Shown: positions 28,496-42,982 of the stretch, piece by piece
How positions within the stretch are numbered: position 1 is the first letter of the stretch
Layout of the letters: the number at the start of each line of letters is the position of its first letter
Assembly (NCBI RefSeq): GCF_009914755.1
Contig: NC_060948.1
Reading direction: 5' to 3' (one strand)
DNA: 64,000 nucleotides
Origin: the human T2T-CHM13v2.0 reference genome, Homo sapiens
Notes under the pieces: generated by a model
Databases searched by the model: none
Told to the model about the DNA's origin: nothing
What the model saw: only the letters and a program-made list of their open reading frames with translations
Position numbers and translations under genes: made by a program

Positions 28496-30651
28496 TAGTA
28501 CTGCTTCTCTTTTATCACATAGGTTTTGTTATATTTTGTTTTTATTATCATTTGTTTCCAGAAATTTTTTAATTTCCTTCTTAATTTTTTGTGGAGCCAA
28601 TGGTCATTCAGTGGCATATTGTTTATTTTACATGTATTTGTATCACTTACAAAATTTCTTGTTATTAATTTCCATTGGTTTTATTCCATTGTGGTTAGAG
28701 TATATGCTTAATATTATTTATATTTTTGAATGATTTAAGACTTGTGACCTAATATATGGTTTAACATTGAGAATAATCCATGTTTTGAGGAAAGAATGTG
28801 TATTCCACAGTTGTTGAATGAAATGTTCTGTAACTATCTTTTAGAACCATGTGATCTACAGTGCATATTGTTTTATGTTTCTTTGTTGATTTTATGTTTG
28901 GAAAATGTGTTCAATGCTGAAGGTGAGCTGTTGAAGTCTTCAGCTATTATTGCATTGGGGTATATCACTGTCTTGTGTTTTAACATTATTTGCTTTATAT
29001 ATCTGGGTGCTCTACTGTTGGATGCATATATACTTAAAATTGTTATATCCCCTTGCTGAATTGACCTCTTTGCCATTATATAGTGACCTTCTTTGTCTCT
29101 TCTTGTAGTTTTTGTCTTGAAATCTGTTTTGTCTGATATAAATATAGCTAATTATGCTCGTATTTGGGTTTCATGGCATGGAATAGCTCCTTTTATCCCT
29201 TTATTTTCAGTCTGTGTGTCTTTAGAGGTAAAGCATGTTTCTTGTGGGCATCAGTTAATGGATTTTATTTTTTCATCGATTAAGCTAGTGTATGTCTTTT
29301 GATTGGAGAGTTTAGCCCATTTACATACAATGTTATTATTGATAAGTAAGGACTTAATCCTGCCATTTTCTTATTATTTTTCTAGTTGTTTTATATGCTC
29401 TTCTCTTTCTTCTCTTTCCTTCCTCTATTCCTCTAGTGAAGGTGATTTTTCTCTGGTGATATGATTTAGTTTCTTGCTTTTTCTGTGTTTCATAATCAAT
29501 TGTATATTTTTATTTGAGTTTACCATGAGGCTTGCAAATACTATCTTATAACCCATTATTTTAACCTGATAACAACTTAACACTGTTTGTATAATGAAAC
29601 AATAAGAAAAAAAGAAACTTAAGAAAAACTCTACACTTTAACTTTGTCCACCCACTTTTTAGTTTTTTTGTTGTTGTTTCTGTTTACATGTTATTATACT
29701 ATGTCTTGAAAAGTTCTTGTAGTTATTATTTTGGATCACTTCATCATTTAGTCTTTCTACTTAGGATAAGAGTATTTTACACACCACAGTTACAGTGTTA
29801 ATGATAGTCTGTATTTTTCTGTATACTTATTACTATCCGTGAGTATTGCATCGTCAGATAATTAGTTATTGTTCTTTAATATTCTTTTTTTTCTGATTGA
29901 AGTACTCCTTTCTGCATTTCTTGTATGAAAAGTCTGGGGTTGATGACATTAGCAGCTTTTGATTTTCTGGAAAAGTTGCTATTCCTCTTTTGGTTTTGAA
30001 GGATATTTTCCCTGGACATACTCTTCTAGGGTAAAAGTTGTTTTGTTTTGTTTTGTTTTTCTCTTCAGCCCTTTAAATATGTCAAACCAGTCTCTCTTGG
30101 CCTCTAAGGTTTCCACTGAAAAGTCTCCTGCCAGCCAGACATATTGGAGCTCCATTGCATGTTGTTTCTTTTATCTTGTTGCTTTTAGGATCATTTCTTT
30201 ATCCTTTGTCTTTGGGAGTTTGATTATTAAATGCCTTGAGGTAGTCTTCTTGGGTTAAATCTGCTTGACGTTCTATAACCTTCTTGTGTTCAGATATTGA
30301 TACTTTACATTTACAAAATTGTCTGTTCTTATTCCTTTGAATAAACTTTCTACCCCTATCTCTTTCTTTTCCCCTGTCTTTAAGGAAATAACTCTTAAGT
30401 TTGCCCTTTTGAGGTTGTTTTCTAGATCCTATAAGCATGTTTCATTGTTGTTTTATTACTTTTACTTTCATCTCGTGTGACCATGTATTTTCAAATAGCC
30501 TGTATTCAAGCTCATTTATTTTTTCTTCTATTAGCTCAGTTCTGTTATTAAAAGTCACCAAAGCAGCTACAGCTAAAATCATTTTCTGATTTTCTGATTT
30601 CATCTCTGATCATTTTCCAGTAGCTAATTGCCTTTTTAACGGAGGTATTGC

Positions 30652-31267
30652 TCCTCACAAGAAGGCATTAGCTGCTGGCATCTGCCCACAGACCCTGACC
30701 CAAATGACAGATGAATAAAACATACACTGACACACAGATACTCTGTTTTGCCAGTCCTGCTGCATGTCCGACCACCTGCGCACCAAGAAAGGATTGTCAA
30801 TGTGGCTGGCCTTGAGCAGCTCGCACTCAGGGCATTTATTTAGTATACAATTAACAACAGACGCTCTGAGTCAACACACTTGTGGAGAATTAACATGGTT
30901 AAGAGAGTAGTTCTAGGAATGATTAAAGCTCTGGTACCTCTGTTGAAGGTAAATACCATTAGGGGGCAATATCCCTAGTCGACCTCCCCCGCCCCAGGGC
31001 CATTTGGCTCAAAGGTTAGTTAATGCAGGTAGGATAAATAGACATAACTGGGGAAGCCTCTATCGTCCCTAGTATTTACCCTATGACCTAATGCTCTAAG
31101 GTAAGAACCAGCTGCCTTCAGCCTATTCAATTATTACAAGATAGGTAACCTTTCAGCCTTTCCAAACATAAAATCAACAAAGAAACAAAAGGTTTGTGAC
31201 TATTCCTGCAACTTTCCTTAATATTTCCCTTTAATATTTCTGCCACCATCCTGAGTGAATCCCAACA
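30652..31267 (-). mobile_element. LTR22-family (HERV-K HML-5) 5' LTR plus decayed primer-binding site
   Basis: Minus start TGTTGGGATTCACTCAGGATGGTGGCAGAAATATTAAAGG; AATAAA; ends ~30673, then TAATGCCTTCTTGTGAGGA. Confidence 0.75.
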
Positions 31268-31617
31268 TTTCACTGCAGAACCTCTGCTTGATTTTTTTAA
31301 TTATTTCAATCTTTTTGTTAAATTTATCTTATAGAATTTTAAATTCCTTCTGTGTGTTATATTGAGTATTTTTGAGTTTTCTCAACATAGATATTTTGAA
31401 TTCTCTGTCTGAAAGCTCACGTATTTGTGCCTTTTTCAGGATTTGTGTTTTTGCTGGTGTTTTATTTATTTGGTGAAATCGTGTTTTTCTGGATAGTGTT
31501 GATGCTAGTAGGTGTTCTTTGATGTCTTGGCATTGAAGAGTTTGGTATTTATTGTAATCTTCACTGTCTGGGCTTGTTTGTATCTGCCCTTCTTGGGAAA
31601 GCTTTCCAGATATTTGA

Positions 31618-31951
<334 letters not shown>

Positions 31952-33928
31952 TGCATGTTGTGATTTTAGCTGTAGCTGCTTTGGTGAGCATTTCAAGTTC
32001 AGTAACACTGTGGTTCTTTCACATCCATAGAGGCACTATTTTAATGGTGTTTGACAAGATCCGGAAGAATTTTCTGGATTACTAGGCAGAGATCTGATTC
32101 TCTTACCTTGCTTTCTCCCAAATAAATGGAGTCTCTCTGTCTGTTCCGAAACACCATTGCTGGGGTTGGAGAGACACAAGCATTGCTGTGGCCACCATCA
32201 CTGTGACTATGCTGGATCAGACCTGAAGTCAGCACAGCACTGGATCTTGCCCTAGTTCTGCTGTAACCACGACCTGGCTACTGCCTATGTTCGCTCAAGG
32301 CCCTGGTGCTCTACAATCACCAGGTGGCAAAGCCAGCCAGGCCATTCTCCTTCCCTTCATGGTGGCAAGTTCATTCATTCAGGCTCCAGGTGAATCCAGA
32401 TGTGCTGCCTGGGAGTGAGGCACTAGAGTAAAAGATCTTAGAAGTCTTCCTGGTTTTCTGTTTTACTGTGGCTGAGCTGGCACCCAAGCCACAAGATGCA
32501 GTCCTTCGCAATCTTCCCTCCACTTTATACAGGCAGAGGAGCCTCTCTCTGTAGCCACTGCCATCTCAGGCCACGGGGAGTTCCGCGAGATGCCACCAAT
32601 ATTCCCTTAAGGCCCAAAGGCCCTTCAGTCAGCTTTTGGTAAGTGCTGTCTGGCCTGGAACTCACCCTTTAGGGGAGTGGGCCTCTCTGTCTCAGGGCAG
32701 GTCCAGAGTTGCTGTCCAAGAGTCAAGTCCTGAAATTGTGGACCCCCAATAGCCCACTTGATGCTCTGGCACCCTATGTCCATGCTGGTACCTAAGATGC
32801 AAGACAAAGTCCCCTCTACTTTTCCCTCTTCTTTTCTCAAGCAAAAGAAGTTTTGCCACCAGAGCTGGTAATGTGTTGAGTCTCAACTGAAGCCAGCAAG
32901 TCTCAGGGGCTCGCCAAGGCCCTAGCTATAGTACCTGGGTATCATTGTTGGTTATTCAGGGCCTAGGGGCTCTTCAGTTAGTAGGTTATAAATGCTGGCA
33001 GGACTGGATCCTTTTCTTCTGGGACAGAAGTGGCTTCCCTTCTCTCCCAGAGTGTGTCTATAAGTGTCCTCTGGCCGCTAGGTCCTGGAAGAGAGGCCTC
33101 ATTACTCTGACTGGTACCCTATCTTACTGTGCCTGCGCTGGGTAGCCAAGATGCAAGACAACATCCTCCCCATTCTTTCTTCTCCTCTCTTCAAGTGGAA
33201 AAAGAAATCTCTTTTGGAGCCCTGAACTCTTCTGCCTGGGGTCAGTGGAGGGGTGATGCCAGCACTCCCTTACCTTCCCCAAGCAGTGTCTTAGTAGGTC
33301 TCATGCCCTCTTCAGTCCACTCTCTCTGGGCCCAGTTTAGCCCTAGGTCTCATCTAACAGTTGCAGTCCCTATGGCCTAGATTCCCTTTTAAGTTGACTT
33401 AGAGACCAAGAGCACTTTGGACCACAGTGGAGAGACTTGTGGGAACTCAAGTTCCAACTGCTGGAATTGGTGATTCCCCTCTGGCTAGGGCTGCTTTAAA
33501 TGCTCCCTACTTGGGCAGGCATTAGCTGAGTTTGGTCCAGCTTTCCTTTCTGCTCTAACAGGGCAGCACCAAGTTCAGTGATTCACAATTTCTGTGTTCT
33601 CCCTCTTCCAGCACCCAGAGAGACTCTGCATCAAGCTGCCACTGCTAGGTGGTGGGGTGAGGGTGACGTCAATAATTCAAGAGACTGTTTTTTCTATTTC
33701 TTCAGTGTCCCCTTCAGCAATACAGAGTTAAATCTCAGTATTATGAGGCCTCACCTGATTTTTGGTTCTTATGAATGTGTTTTTTATTTTCTGTGTAAAC
33801 AATTTTTAAACCGATGTCCTTGTACAAGGGATGGTCTGTGGAGTCTTTTATTCTGCCATCTTGCTCCTAAGACTAAAATTCAGAATCCATACAATTAGTA
33901 TATTTCTTTCTTTTCAGAAAGTACATAC

Positions 33929-33977
33929 ACTTCTGTTGTTTGTTTCTCCTGAAATTAGTTTTGACATCATTCTTTTT
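33929..33977 (-). pseudogene. Fossil gene exon B, 3' half (DVKTNFRRNKQQK) including the TSD copy
   Basis: Donor AAGT|GTATGT; joins 43789-43936 in frame through the TSD. Confidence 0.55.
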
Positions 33978-35520
33978 AAGTTGTTTTTATTTTTAATTTT
34001 TGTAGGTATGTATCAGGTGTATATATTTATATTTATGAGACATGTGAGATATTTTGGTACAGGCATGCAATGCATAATAGTTACACCATGGAGAATGGGG
34101 TATCCATCACGTGAAGCATTTATTTTTTGTGTTACAAACAATCCAATCAAAGTCTTTTAGTTGTTTTTAAATTTACAGTGAAAGTATTACTGACTACAAT
34201 CATCCTGTTGTGTTATCAAATATGAGGTCTTATTCATTCTTTCTAATTATTGTTTTCTACACACTAACCATCTCCAAATTCTCCCTACCCCTCCACTACC
34301 CTTCCCAGCTTACTCTTCTGGTAAGCATCCTTCTAGTCTCTATTTCCATTAGTTCAATTGTTTAGATTTTTAGATCCCACAAACGAGAACATGCAGTGTT
34401 TGTATTTCTGTGCCTGGCATATTTCACTTAAGATAATGATCTTCAGTTCTATTCATATTGTTGCAATGACAATATCTCATTCTTTTTTATGGTTGAATAG
34501 TACTCCATTGTATGTAGGTACCACATTTTCCTCATCCATTCATCTGCTGGTGGACACTTAGGTTGCTTTCACATCTTGGCTATTGTGAGCAGAGCTGCAA
34601 AAAACATGGAATTGCAGATATGTTTTCAATATACTGATTTCCTTTTTTTGGGGGGGAGAAGGGGGTATATAACCAGCCGTAGGATTGCTGGATAATATGG
34701 TAGCTCTATTTTTAGTTTTTCGAGAAACCTTAAAATTGTTTCTTATAGTGGTTATACTAATTAACATTCGCGCCAACAGTGTACAAGTGTTTCCTTGTTT
34801 CCACATTCTTGCCAGCATTTATTATCGGTTGACTTATAGATAAAAGCCATTTTAACAGGGGTGAGATACTGTCTCTTTGTAATATTGATTTGCATTTCTG
34901 TGATGATAAATGATGGTGAGCACCTTTTTCATATGACTGTTTGCCATTTTGATGTCTTCTTTTGAGAAATGTATATCCAAATATTTTGCCCATTTTTATA
35001 TTGGATTGTTAGATCTCTTCCTATGTAATTTTTTGACCTCCTTAAATATTCTTGTTATTAATCCTCTGTCAGAAGTGTAGTTTGCAGATGTTTTCTCTCA
35101 TTCTGTGGGTTTTTTCATCACTTTGTTAATGGTTTCCTTTGCCCTGCAGAAGCATTTTAACTTGATGTGATCTCATTTAACCATATTTGTTTTGTTTGCC
35201 TGTGCTTGTGGGGTATTGCTCAAGACATTTTTGCCCAAATCAATGTTTTGGAGAGTTTTCCCAATGTGTATAATTTTAGTAGTTTCATAATTTGGGGTCT
35301 TAGATTTATGGCTTTAATACATTTTCCTTGGATTTTTTAAGGTGAGAGATGGGGGTCAAGTTTTATTTTTCTGCATATGGATACCCAGTTTTCTCAGCAA
35401 CATGTATTGAAAATACTGTCTTCTCCCCAATGAATATTCTTAGTGCCTTTGTCAAAAATTAGTTCACTGTAGGTCTGTGGATTTGTATATGGGTTCTCTA
35501 TTCTTTTCTACAGATCTATG

Positions 35521-36551
35521 TGTAGGGAAAAGAAAGAGAGATCAGACTGTTACTGTGTCTATGTAGAAAGCGAAGACATAAGAGACTCCATTTTGAAAAA
35601 TACCTGTACTTTAAATGATTGCTTTGCTGAGATGTTGTTAATTTGTAGCTTTGCCCCAGCCACTTTGACCCAATCACTTTGACCCAACCTGGAGCTCACA
35701 AAAACATGTGTTGTATGAAATCAAGATTTAAGGGATCTAGGGCTGTGCAGGACATGCCTTGTTAACAAAATGTTTACAAGCAGTATACCTGGTAAAAGTC
35801 ATCGCCATTCTCTAGTCTTAATAAACCAGGGGCACAGTGCACTGCGGAAAGCCGCAGGGACCTCTGCCCTTGAAAGCTGGGTATTGTCCAAGGTTTCTCC
35901 CCATGTGATAGTCTGAAATATGGCCTCGTGGGATGAGAAAGACCTGACCGTCCCCCAGCCCGACACCCGTAAAGGGTCTGTGCTGAAGTGGATTAGTAAA
36001 AGAGGAAAGCCTCTTGCAGTTGAGATAGAGGAAAGCCACTGTCTGCTGCCTGCCCCTGAGAACTGAATGTCTCGGTATAAAACCTGATTGTACATTTGTT
36101 CAGTTCTGAGATAAGAGAAAAACCACCCTATGGTGGGAGGTGAGACATGTTTGCGGCAATGCTGCCTTGTTATTCTTTACTCTGCTGAGATGTTTGGGTG
36201 GAAAGAAACATAAATCTGGCTTACGTACACGTCCAGTCATAGTACCTTCCCTTGAACTTCATTATGACGTAGATTCTATTGCTCACATGTTTGTTGCTGA
36301 CCTTCTCCTTATGATCACCCTGCCCTCCTACGACATTCCTTTTTACTGAAATAATGAAAATAATAATCAATAAAAACTGAGGGAACTCAGAGACCAGTGC
36401 TGGTGCAGGTCCTTTGTATGCTGAGTGCCGGTACCCTGGGCCCACTGTTGTTTCTCTATACTTTGTCTCTGTGTCTTATTTCTCTTTCTCAGTCTCTCGT
36501 CCCACCTGACTAGAAATACCCACAGGTGTGCAGGGGCAGGCCATCCCTTCA
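35521..36551 (+). mobile_element. HERV-K(HML-2) solo LTR, LTR5A/LTR5B type
   Basis: tgtagggaaaagaaagagagatcagactgttactg...ccatcccttca; 1031 bp; perfect 6-bp TSD tctatg. Confidence 0.92.
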
Positions 36552-36766
36552 TCTATGTGTGTATTTTTTATTCCAGTCCCATGCCATTTGTTTACTACAC
36601 CCCGTAGTATAATTTGAAGTTCAGTTACGTGATTCCTCTGTTTTTTGTTTGTTTGTTTGTTTTGTTTTTTCCTTTTTGCTCAGGATACCTTTGGCTCTTC
36701 TGGGTCTTTTTTCATTGTTTGTGAATTTTAGGATATTTTTCCCTGTTTCTGTGAAAAATGTCATTG

Positions 36767-36767
<1 letters not shown>

Positions 36768-36816
<49 letters not shown>

Positions 36817-37108
36817 TTGAGATGGAGTCTCTCTCTGTCACCCAGGCTGGAGTTCAGTGGCACTATCTTGGCTCAATGCAACCTCCGCCTCCTGGGTTCA
36901 AGTGATTCTCTTGCCTCAGCCTCCCCAGTAGCTGGGACTACAGGTGCATGCCACCATGGCTGGTTAAATTTTTTTTTTTTTTGTATTTTTAGTAGAGACG
37001 GGGTTTCACCATGTTAGCCAGGATGGTCTCCATCTGCTGACTTCATGACTCGCCTGCCTCGACCTCCCCAAGTGCTGGGATTACAGGTGTGAGCCACCAT
37101 GCCCAGCC
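36768..37108 (-). mobile_element. AluY/Sc-like element whose tail is a (TAT)n microsatellite (36768-36816)
   Basis: Full dimer; TSD tcattggtatt / tcactggtatt. Confidence 0.9.
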
Positions 37109-40100
37109 ATCACTGGTATTTTAATAGAGACTGCATTGAATCTGCAGATTGCTTTTGATAGTGTAGGCATTTTAAACATATTGATACTTCCAATCCATGA
37201 ACATGGAATATCTTTCCATTTTTTTGTGTGTGCTCATCAATGTCTTTCATCAGCATTTTATTGTTTTTATTGTAGAGATCCTTCACTTCTTTGGTTAATT
37301 CTTAGGTATTTAATTTAGTTGTGGTTATTGTAAATGTGATTAATTTTTTAATTCTTTTTTAGATTGTTCACTGTTGGGATATAGAATTGCTGCTAATTTT
37401 TGTTTGTTGGTTTTATGTCTTTCAAGTTAACTGAATATGTTTATGGGTTCTAATAGTTTTCTTAGTGGAGTTTGCAGGATTTTCCAAGTATAAAATTATA
37501 TCATCAACCTACAAGGATAATTTGACTTATTCCTTTTCAATGTAGATGCTCTTTATTTTTTTCTCTTGTCTGATTTCTCTAGTTATAACTTCCAGTACTA
37601 TGTTGAATTACATTGGTGAAAGTGGGCATCCTTGTCATGATCCAGATCTAAGAGGAGGGATTTCAGTTTTTCCACATTCAGAATAATACTACATGTGGGT
37701 CTGACATATGTGGCTTGTATTTTGTTCAGGTATTCTCCTTCTATATCCAGTGTCTTGAGAGTTTTATCATGAAGAAATGTAGAACTTTATCCCATGTGTT
37801 TTTAGTATCAATTGAAATGATTATATGGTTTTTGTTCCTCATTATGTTTTTATGATGTGTCATATTGATTGATAACATATGTTGAACCACACTTGCATCA
37901 CTGGGATAAATCCCACTTGGTCATGATGAATCATATCTTTAATGTATTGTTGAATTCAGTTTGGTAATGTTTTGTTGGGGATTTTTTGCATCATTATTCA
38001 TCAGAGATATTGGCCTGCAGTTTTCTTTTTTTGATGTGTGTTTGGTTTTGGTATCAGTGTAGTACTGGCCTTGTAGAATAAGTTTGGAAGTATTCCCTCC
38101 TCCTCAGTTTTATGGAATTATTTGTGTAGAATTAATATTAATTCTTCTTCCAATTATTGGTAAAGTCATTAGGCCCTGGGCTGTTATGGACTGGAAGACT
38201 TTTTATTATGGCTTTAATCTCATTACTTGTAATTGGTCTGCTCAGGTTTTGGATTTCTTCACAGGTCAATCTTGGTAGGCTGTATGTGTCTAGAAGTTGC
38301 TTAGAGTAGCCAGAAATGATGTTTTCAATTTCTGTGGTATCTGTTATAATGTCTCATTTTTCATCTCTGATTTTTATTTGGTTATTCTCTTTTTGTCTTA
38401 GACTGGCTAGAGTTTTGTCAATTTTATGATTTTACAAAATCTACTTTTGTTTCATTGATCTTTTGTACTTTTTTCTTTGTTTCAGCTCCAACCTTTTTTA
38501 TTATTTTAATAAAAACTCTACACTTTAACTATGCTCCCACTTTATAACATTTTTTGTTTTCCTTTATGTCTTATTGTACTGTCATAAAAAGTTGCTGTAG
38601 TTATTATTTTTAACTTTTTAATCATTTAGTCTTTTTACTTAAGAGAAGTTTACACACCACAATTTCAGCATTATATTATTCTGTTTTTTTCTGTGTACTT
38701 ACTATTAACAGTCAGCTTTGTACCTTCAGATGATTACTTGCTTATTAACATCCATTTCCTCCAGATTTATGAACTCCATTAGAATTTCTTCTGGGCAGGC
38801 CTGTTGTTGATAAAATCCCTCAGCTTGTGTTTGTCTAGGAAGGTCTTTCTTTCTCCTTCATGCTTAAAGGATTTTTTTTTTTTTTTTTTTTTGCAAGATA
38901 TAGTGTTCTAGTGCAATAGTTTTTTATCCCTCTGTACTTTATGTTATGGTGCTTCCTCCTTGCTTGTATGGTTTCCATTGAAAACTCTGCTGCTTGATGT
39001 ATCAGAGCTCCACTGTATGTTCTTTGTTTCTTTTCTCTTGTTGCTTTTAGGATCCTTTTTTATCCTTGACTTTTGCAAGTTTCATTATTAAATGTGTGAA
39101 GTAGTGTTCTTTGAGTTAAACCTGCTTGGTATTCCAAAATCTTCTTGTACTTGAATTTCAATATCTTTAGGTATGGGAAGTTATCTGTTATTAAACTTTC
39201 TACCTTTATCTCTTTCTGTACCTCTTCTTTAAGGCAAGTAACTCTTAGATTTGCACTTTGAAGGCTGTTTACTATGTCTTCTAGGCATGCTTCATTGTTT
39301 TTTATTCCTGTTTTTGTCTCCTCTGACTGTGTTTTCAAATACTCTGTCTGCAAGCTCACTAAATTTTCTTCTGCTTGATTAATTCTGCTACTAAGAGACT
39401 CTGATGTATTTTCTGCCATGTTATTTGCATTTTTCAACTCTCAAATTTCTGTTTGATTGTTTTTAATTATTTCAATCTCTGTTAAATTTACCTGATAAAA
39501 TTCTGAATTCCTTCATTGTATTATTTTGAATTTCTTTGAGTTTTCTCAACATAGGTATGTTGAATTCTATGTCCGAAAAATTATATATTTCTGTTTCTCC
39601 TGGATTGGTCCCTGGTGCCTCATTTAGTTCATTTGGTGAGGTCAAGATTTTCTACTGGGTGTTAATGGTTGTAGATATTCATTGGTTCCTGGGCATTGAA
39701 GAGTTGTATGTTTATTGTAGTCTTCACAGTCTGGGCTTGTTAATACCTGCTCTTCTTGGGAAGGCTTTTATGTATTCAAAGGGACTTGGGCCCCAAGCCC
39801 AATAAAACTAGCTATTGCAGAATCATAGAGGTACCACCTTGGTGTCTTGAATAATATGTGGAAGAATTCTTTGGATTACCAAGAAAAGACTCTTCTTTGT
39901 GCTTATGTTCTCCTAAAGAAATAGAGTCTTTCTGCACTGAGCCACCTGATACTGGAGATGTGATGATGCAAGCACCCTTGTAGCCACCACAACAGACTGT
40001 GCTTGGTCAGATCTGAAGCTAGCACAGCACTGGGCCTTACCCAAGGCCCTTATTGTCAAGGCAGCCTGTTTCCCGAGGCCCTGGGCATGTCCAGATATGC

Positions 40101-40674
40101 TGTCCGGAAACCAGGGGTTGGTCTAAAAAACCTTAGCAATTTACGTGGTATTTTATTTTACTGTGGCTAAACTAGCACTCTAATCACAATATGAAGTCCT
40201 TCCCATTCTTCCATCCACATTACATAGCCAGAGGAGCCTCTCTCTGTGGCCACTAATGCCACCTATCCAGGAAGGATTCTGGCAGGCCAGTGGCCTCCTC
40301 TGTGGCCCAGAGCAGGTCCAGAAATGCTGTCCAAGAGCCCAGGCCCAGAGGCATGGACCCCAAGAACCTGCATGTTGCTCTACCCTACTGTGGCTGAGCT
40401 GCTACCTAGGGTGCAAGACAAAATCCCCCTTAATTTTTTCTGTTCATTTTCCCAAACAGAAGGAAGCTTTCATCACAGCAACTACATCTAGGAGTATACT
40501 GGGTCACCCATGAAGCCAGCATATCTCAGAGACCAAGGCCCATGGTGTACTCACTAGGTATTTCTTCTGGTTATTCAGGGCCCAAGGGCTCTTTATTCAG
40601 CAAGTGCTGTATCCTACAAGGACTGGATCCTTCCCTTCAAAGCAGCAGGTTCCCTTTTGTACCAGTGTGGTCTA

Positions 40675-42982
40675 TGATATAGTTTGGCTGTGTCCCCATA
40701 CAAATCTCATTTTGAATTTTAGCTCCCATAAATAATCCCCACAAGTTGTGGGAGGAACCCAGTGGGAGGTAATTGAATTACGGGGTTCGGTTTTTTTCCA
40801 TGCTTTTCTCATGATAATGAATAAGTCTCAGCAGATCTGATGGTTTTATAAGGGCAGTTCCCCTGCACACGCTCTTGCCTGCATCCATGTAAGACATGCC
40901 TTTTCTCCTCCTTTGCTTTTTGTGATGATTGTGAGACCTTCCCAGCCATGTGAAACTGTGAGTCCATTGAGCCTTTTGTTCTTTATAAATCGCCCTGTCT
41001 CAGGTATTTCTTCATAACAGTATAGAAATGGACTAATAGAGTACTTGGTACTGGTAGAGTGGGGTAGTGTTATAAGGATACCCGAAAACGTGGAAGCAAC
41101 TTTGGAACTGGGTAACAGGCAGCAGTGGAAAGAGTTTGGAGGGCTCAGAAGAAGACAGGAAAATGTGGATAAGTTTGGAACCCCCTAGAGACTCTGAGGG
41201 ATCAGAAGACAGGAAGATGTGGGAAAATTTGGATCTTCCTAGAGAAGTGTTGAATGGCTTTGACCAAAATGCTAATAGTGATATGGACAATAAAGTCCAG
41301 GCTGAGGTGGGCTCAGATGGAGATGAGGAATTTATTGGGAACTGGAGCAAAGGTTACTCTTGCTATAAAAATAGACTGGTGGCATTTTGCCTCAGCCCTA
41401 GAGACCTGTGGAATTTTGAACTTGAGAGAGATAATTTAGGGTATCTGGGAGAATAAATTTCTAAGCAGCAAAATGTTCAAGAGGAAGCATAGCATCAAAG
41501 TTTGAGAAATTTGTAGCCTGACAATGCAGTAGAAAAGAAAAACCCATTTCCTGGAGAGAAATTCAAAATGGCAGAAGAAATTTGCGTAAGTAATGAGAAG
41601 CCAAATGCTAATTGCCAAGGCAATAGGAAAAATCTCTTCAGGGCCTGTTAGAGACCTTCGTGGCAGCCCCTCTCATTACAGACCCAAGGGCCTAGGAGGA
41701 AGAAGTGGTTTGCTGGGCTGGATCCAGGGCCCCACTGCTGTTAGCAGCCTCAGGACTTAATGCCCTGCATCCCAGATGCTCCAGCCATGGCTAAATGGGG
41801 CCAAGGTACAGCTTAGGCTGTGGCTTCAGAAGGTGAAAGACCCACACCTGGGCAGCTTCAACATGGTGTTGAGCCTGCAGGTGCACAGAAGTCAATTAAT
41901 TGAGGTTTGGGAACCTCCACCTAGATTTCAGAGGATGTATGCAAAGGCCTGGATATCCAGGCAGAAATTTGCTGCAAAGGTGGAACCCTCATGGAGAACC
42001 TCTGCTAGGACAGTTCAGAAGGAAAATGTGGGTTTGGAGCCCCCAAACAGAGTCCCCACTGGGTCACTGCCTAGTGGAGCTGCGAAAAGAGGCCCACCAT
42101 CCTCCAGACCCCAGAATGGTAGATCCTCGGTCAGCTTGCACCATGTGCCTAGAAAAGCCATAGACACTCAGTGCCAGCCTGTGAAAGCAGCCAAAAGGGG
42201 GGATGTATCTTGCAAAGCCACAGAGGCAGAACTGCCCAAGGCCATGGCCTCTTGCATCAGTGTGATCTGGTTGTGAGACATGGAGTCAAAGGAGATCATT
42301 TTGCAGCCTTATGATTTGACTGCCCCACTGGATTTTGGACTCACATGGGGCCTGTAGCCCCTTCATTTTTCAAATTTCCTCCATTTGCAATGGTTGTATC
42401 TACCCAATGCCTCTACCCCTATTGTATCTACAAAGTAACTAACTTGCTTTTGATTTTACAGGCTCATAGATGGAAGAGACTTGCTTGGTCTCAGATGGGG
42501 TTTTGGAATGTGGACATTTGAATGAATGCTGAAATGAGATAAGACACTGGGGGACTGTTGGAAGGGCAAAATTGTGTTTTGAATTGCGAGAACATGAGAT
42601 TTGGGAGAAGCCAGTGGCAGAATAATATGGTTTGGCTGTGTCCCCACCCAAATCTCATCTTGAATTTTACCTCCCATAATCCCTGCATGTGGTGGGAGGG
42701 GTCCAGTGGGAGGTAATTAAATCATGGGGGTGGGTTTTTCCTGTGCTGTTCTCGTGATACTGAATAAGTCTCAGGAGATCTGATGGTTTTACAAGGGTAG
42801 TTCCCCTGCACACACTCTTGCCTACCACCATGAAAGATGTGTCTTTGTTCTTACTTCAATTTCTGCCATGATTTTGAGGCCTCCCCAGCCATGTGGAACT
42901 GTGATTCCATTGAAATTTTTTTCTTTATAAATTACCCATTCTTTGGTGTTTCTTCATAGCAGTATGAAAATGAACTAATACA
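40675..42982 (+). mobile_element. Full-length THE1C-like MaLR provirus (LTRs 40675-41040 and 42623-42982)
   Basis: Two ~360-bp LTRs flanking ~1.6 kb THE1 internal sequence (EGSEEDRKMW, RDLWNFELERD). Confidence 0.9.

Noticed and set aside
36621-37017. Poly-Ile ORFs on both strands
   Set aside because: Translation of the (TAT)n Alu tail.
41136-42276. THE1 internal ORFs and ~55-bp tandem duplication (EGSEEDRKMW twice)
   Set aside because: Ordinary MaLR internal remnants; the duplication is probably a subfamily trait.
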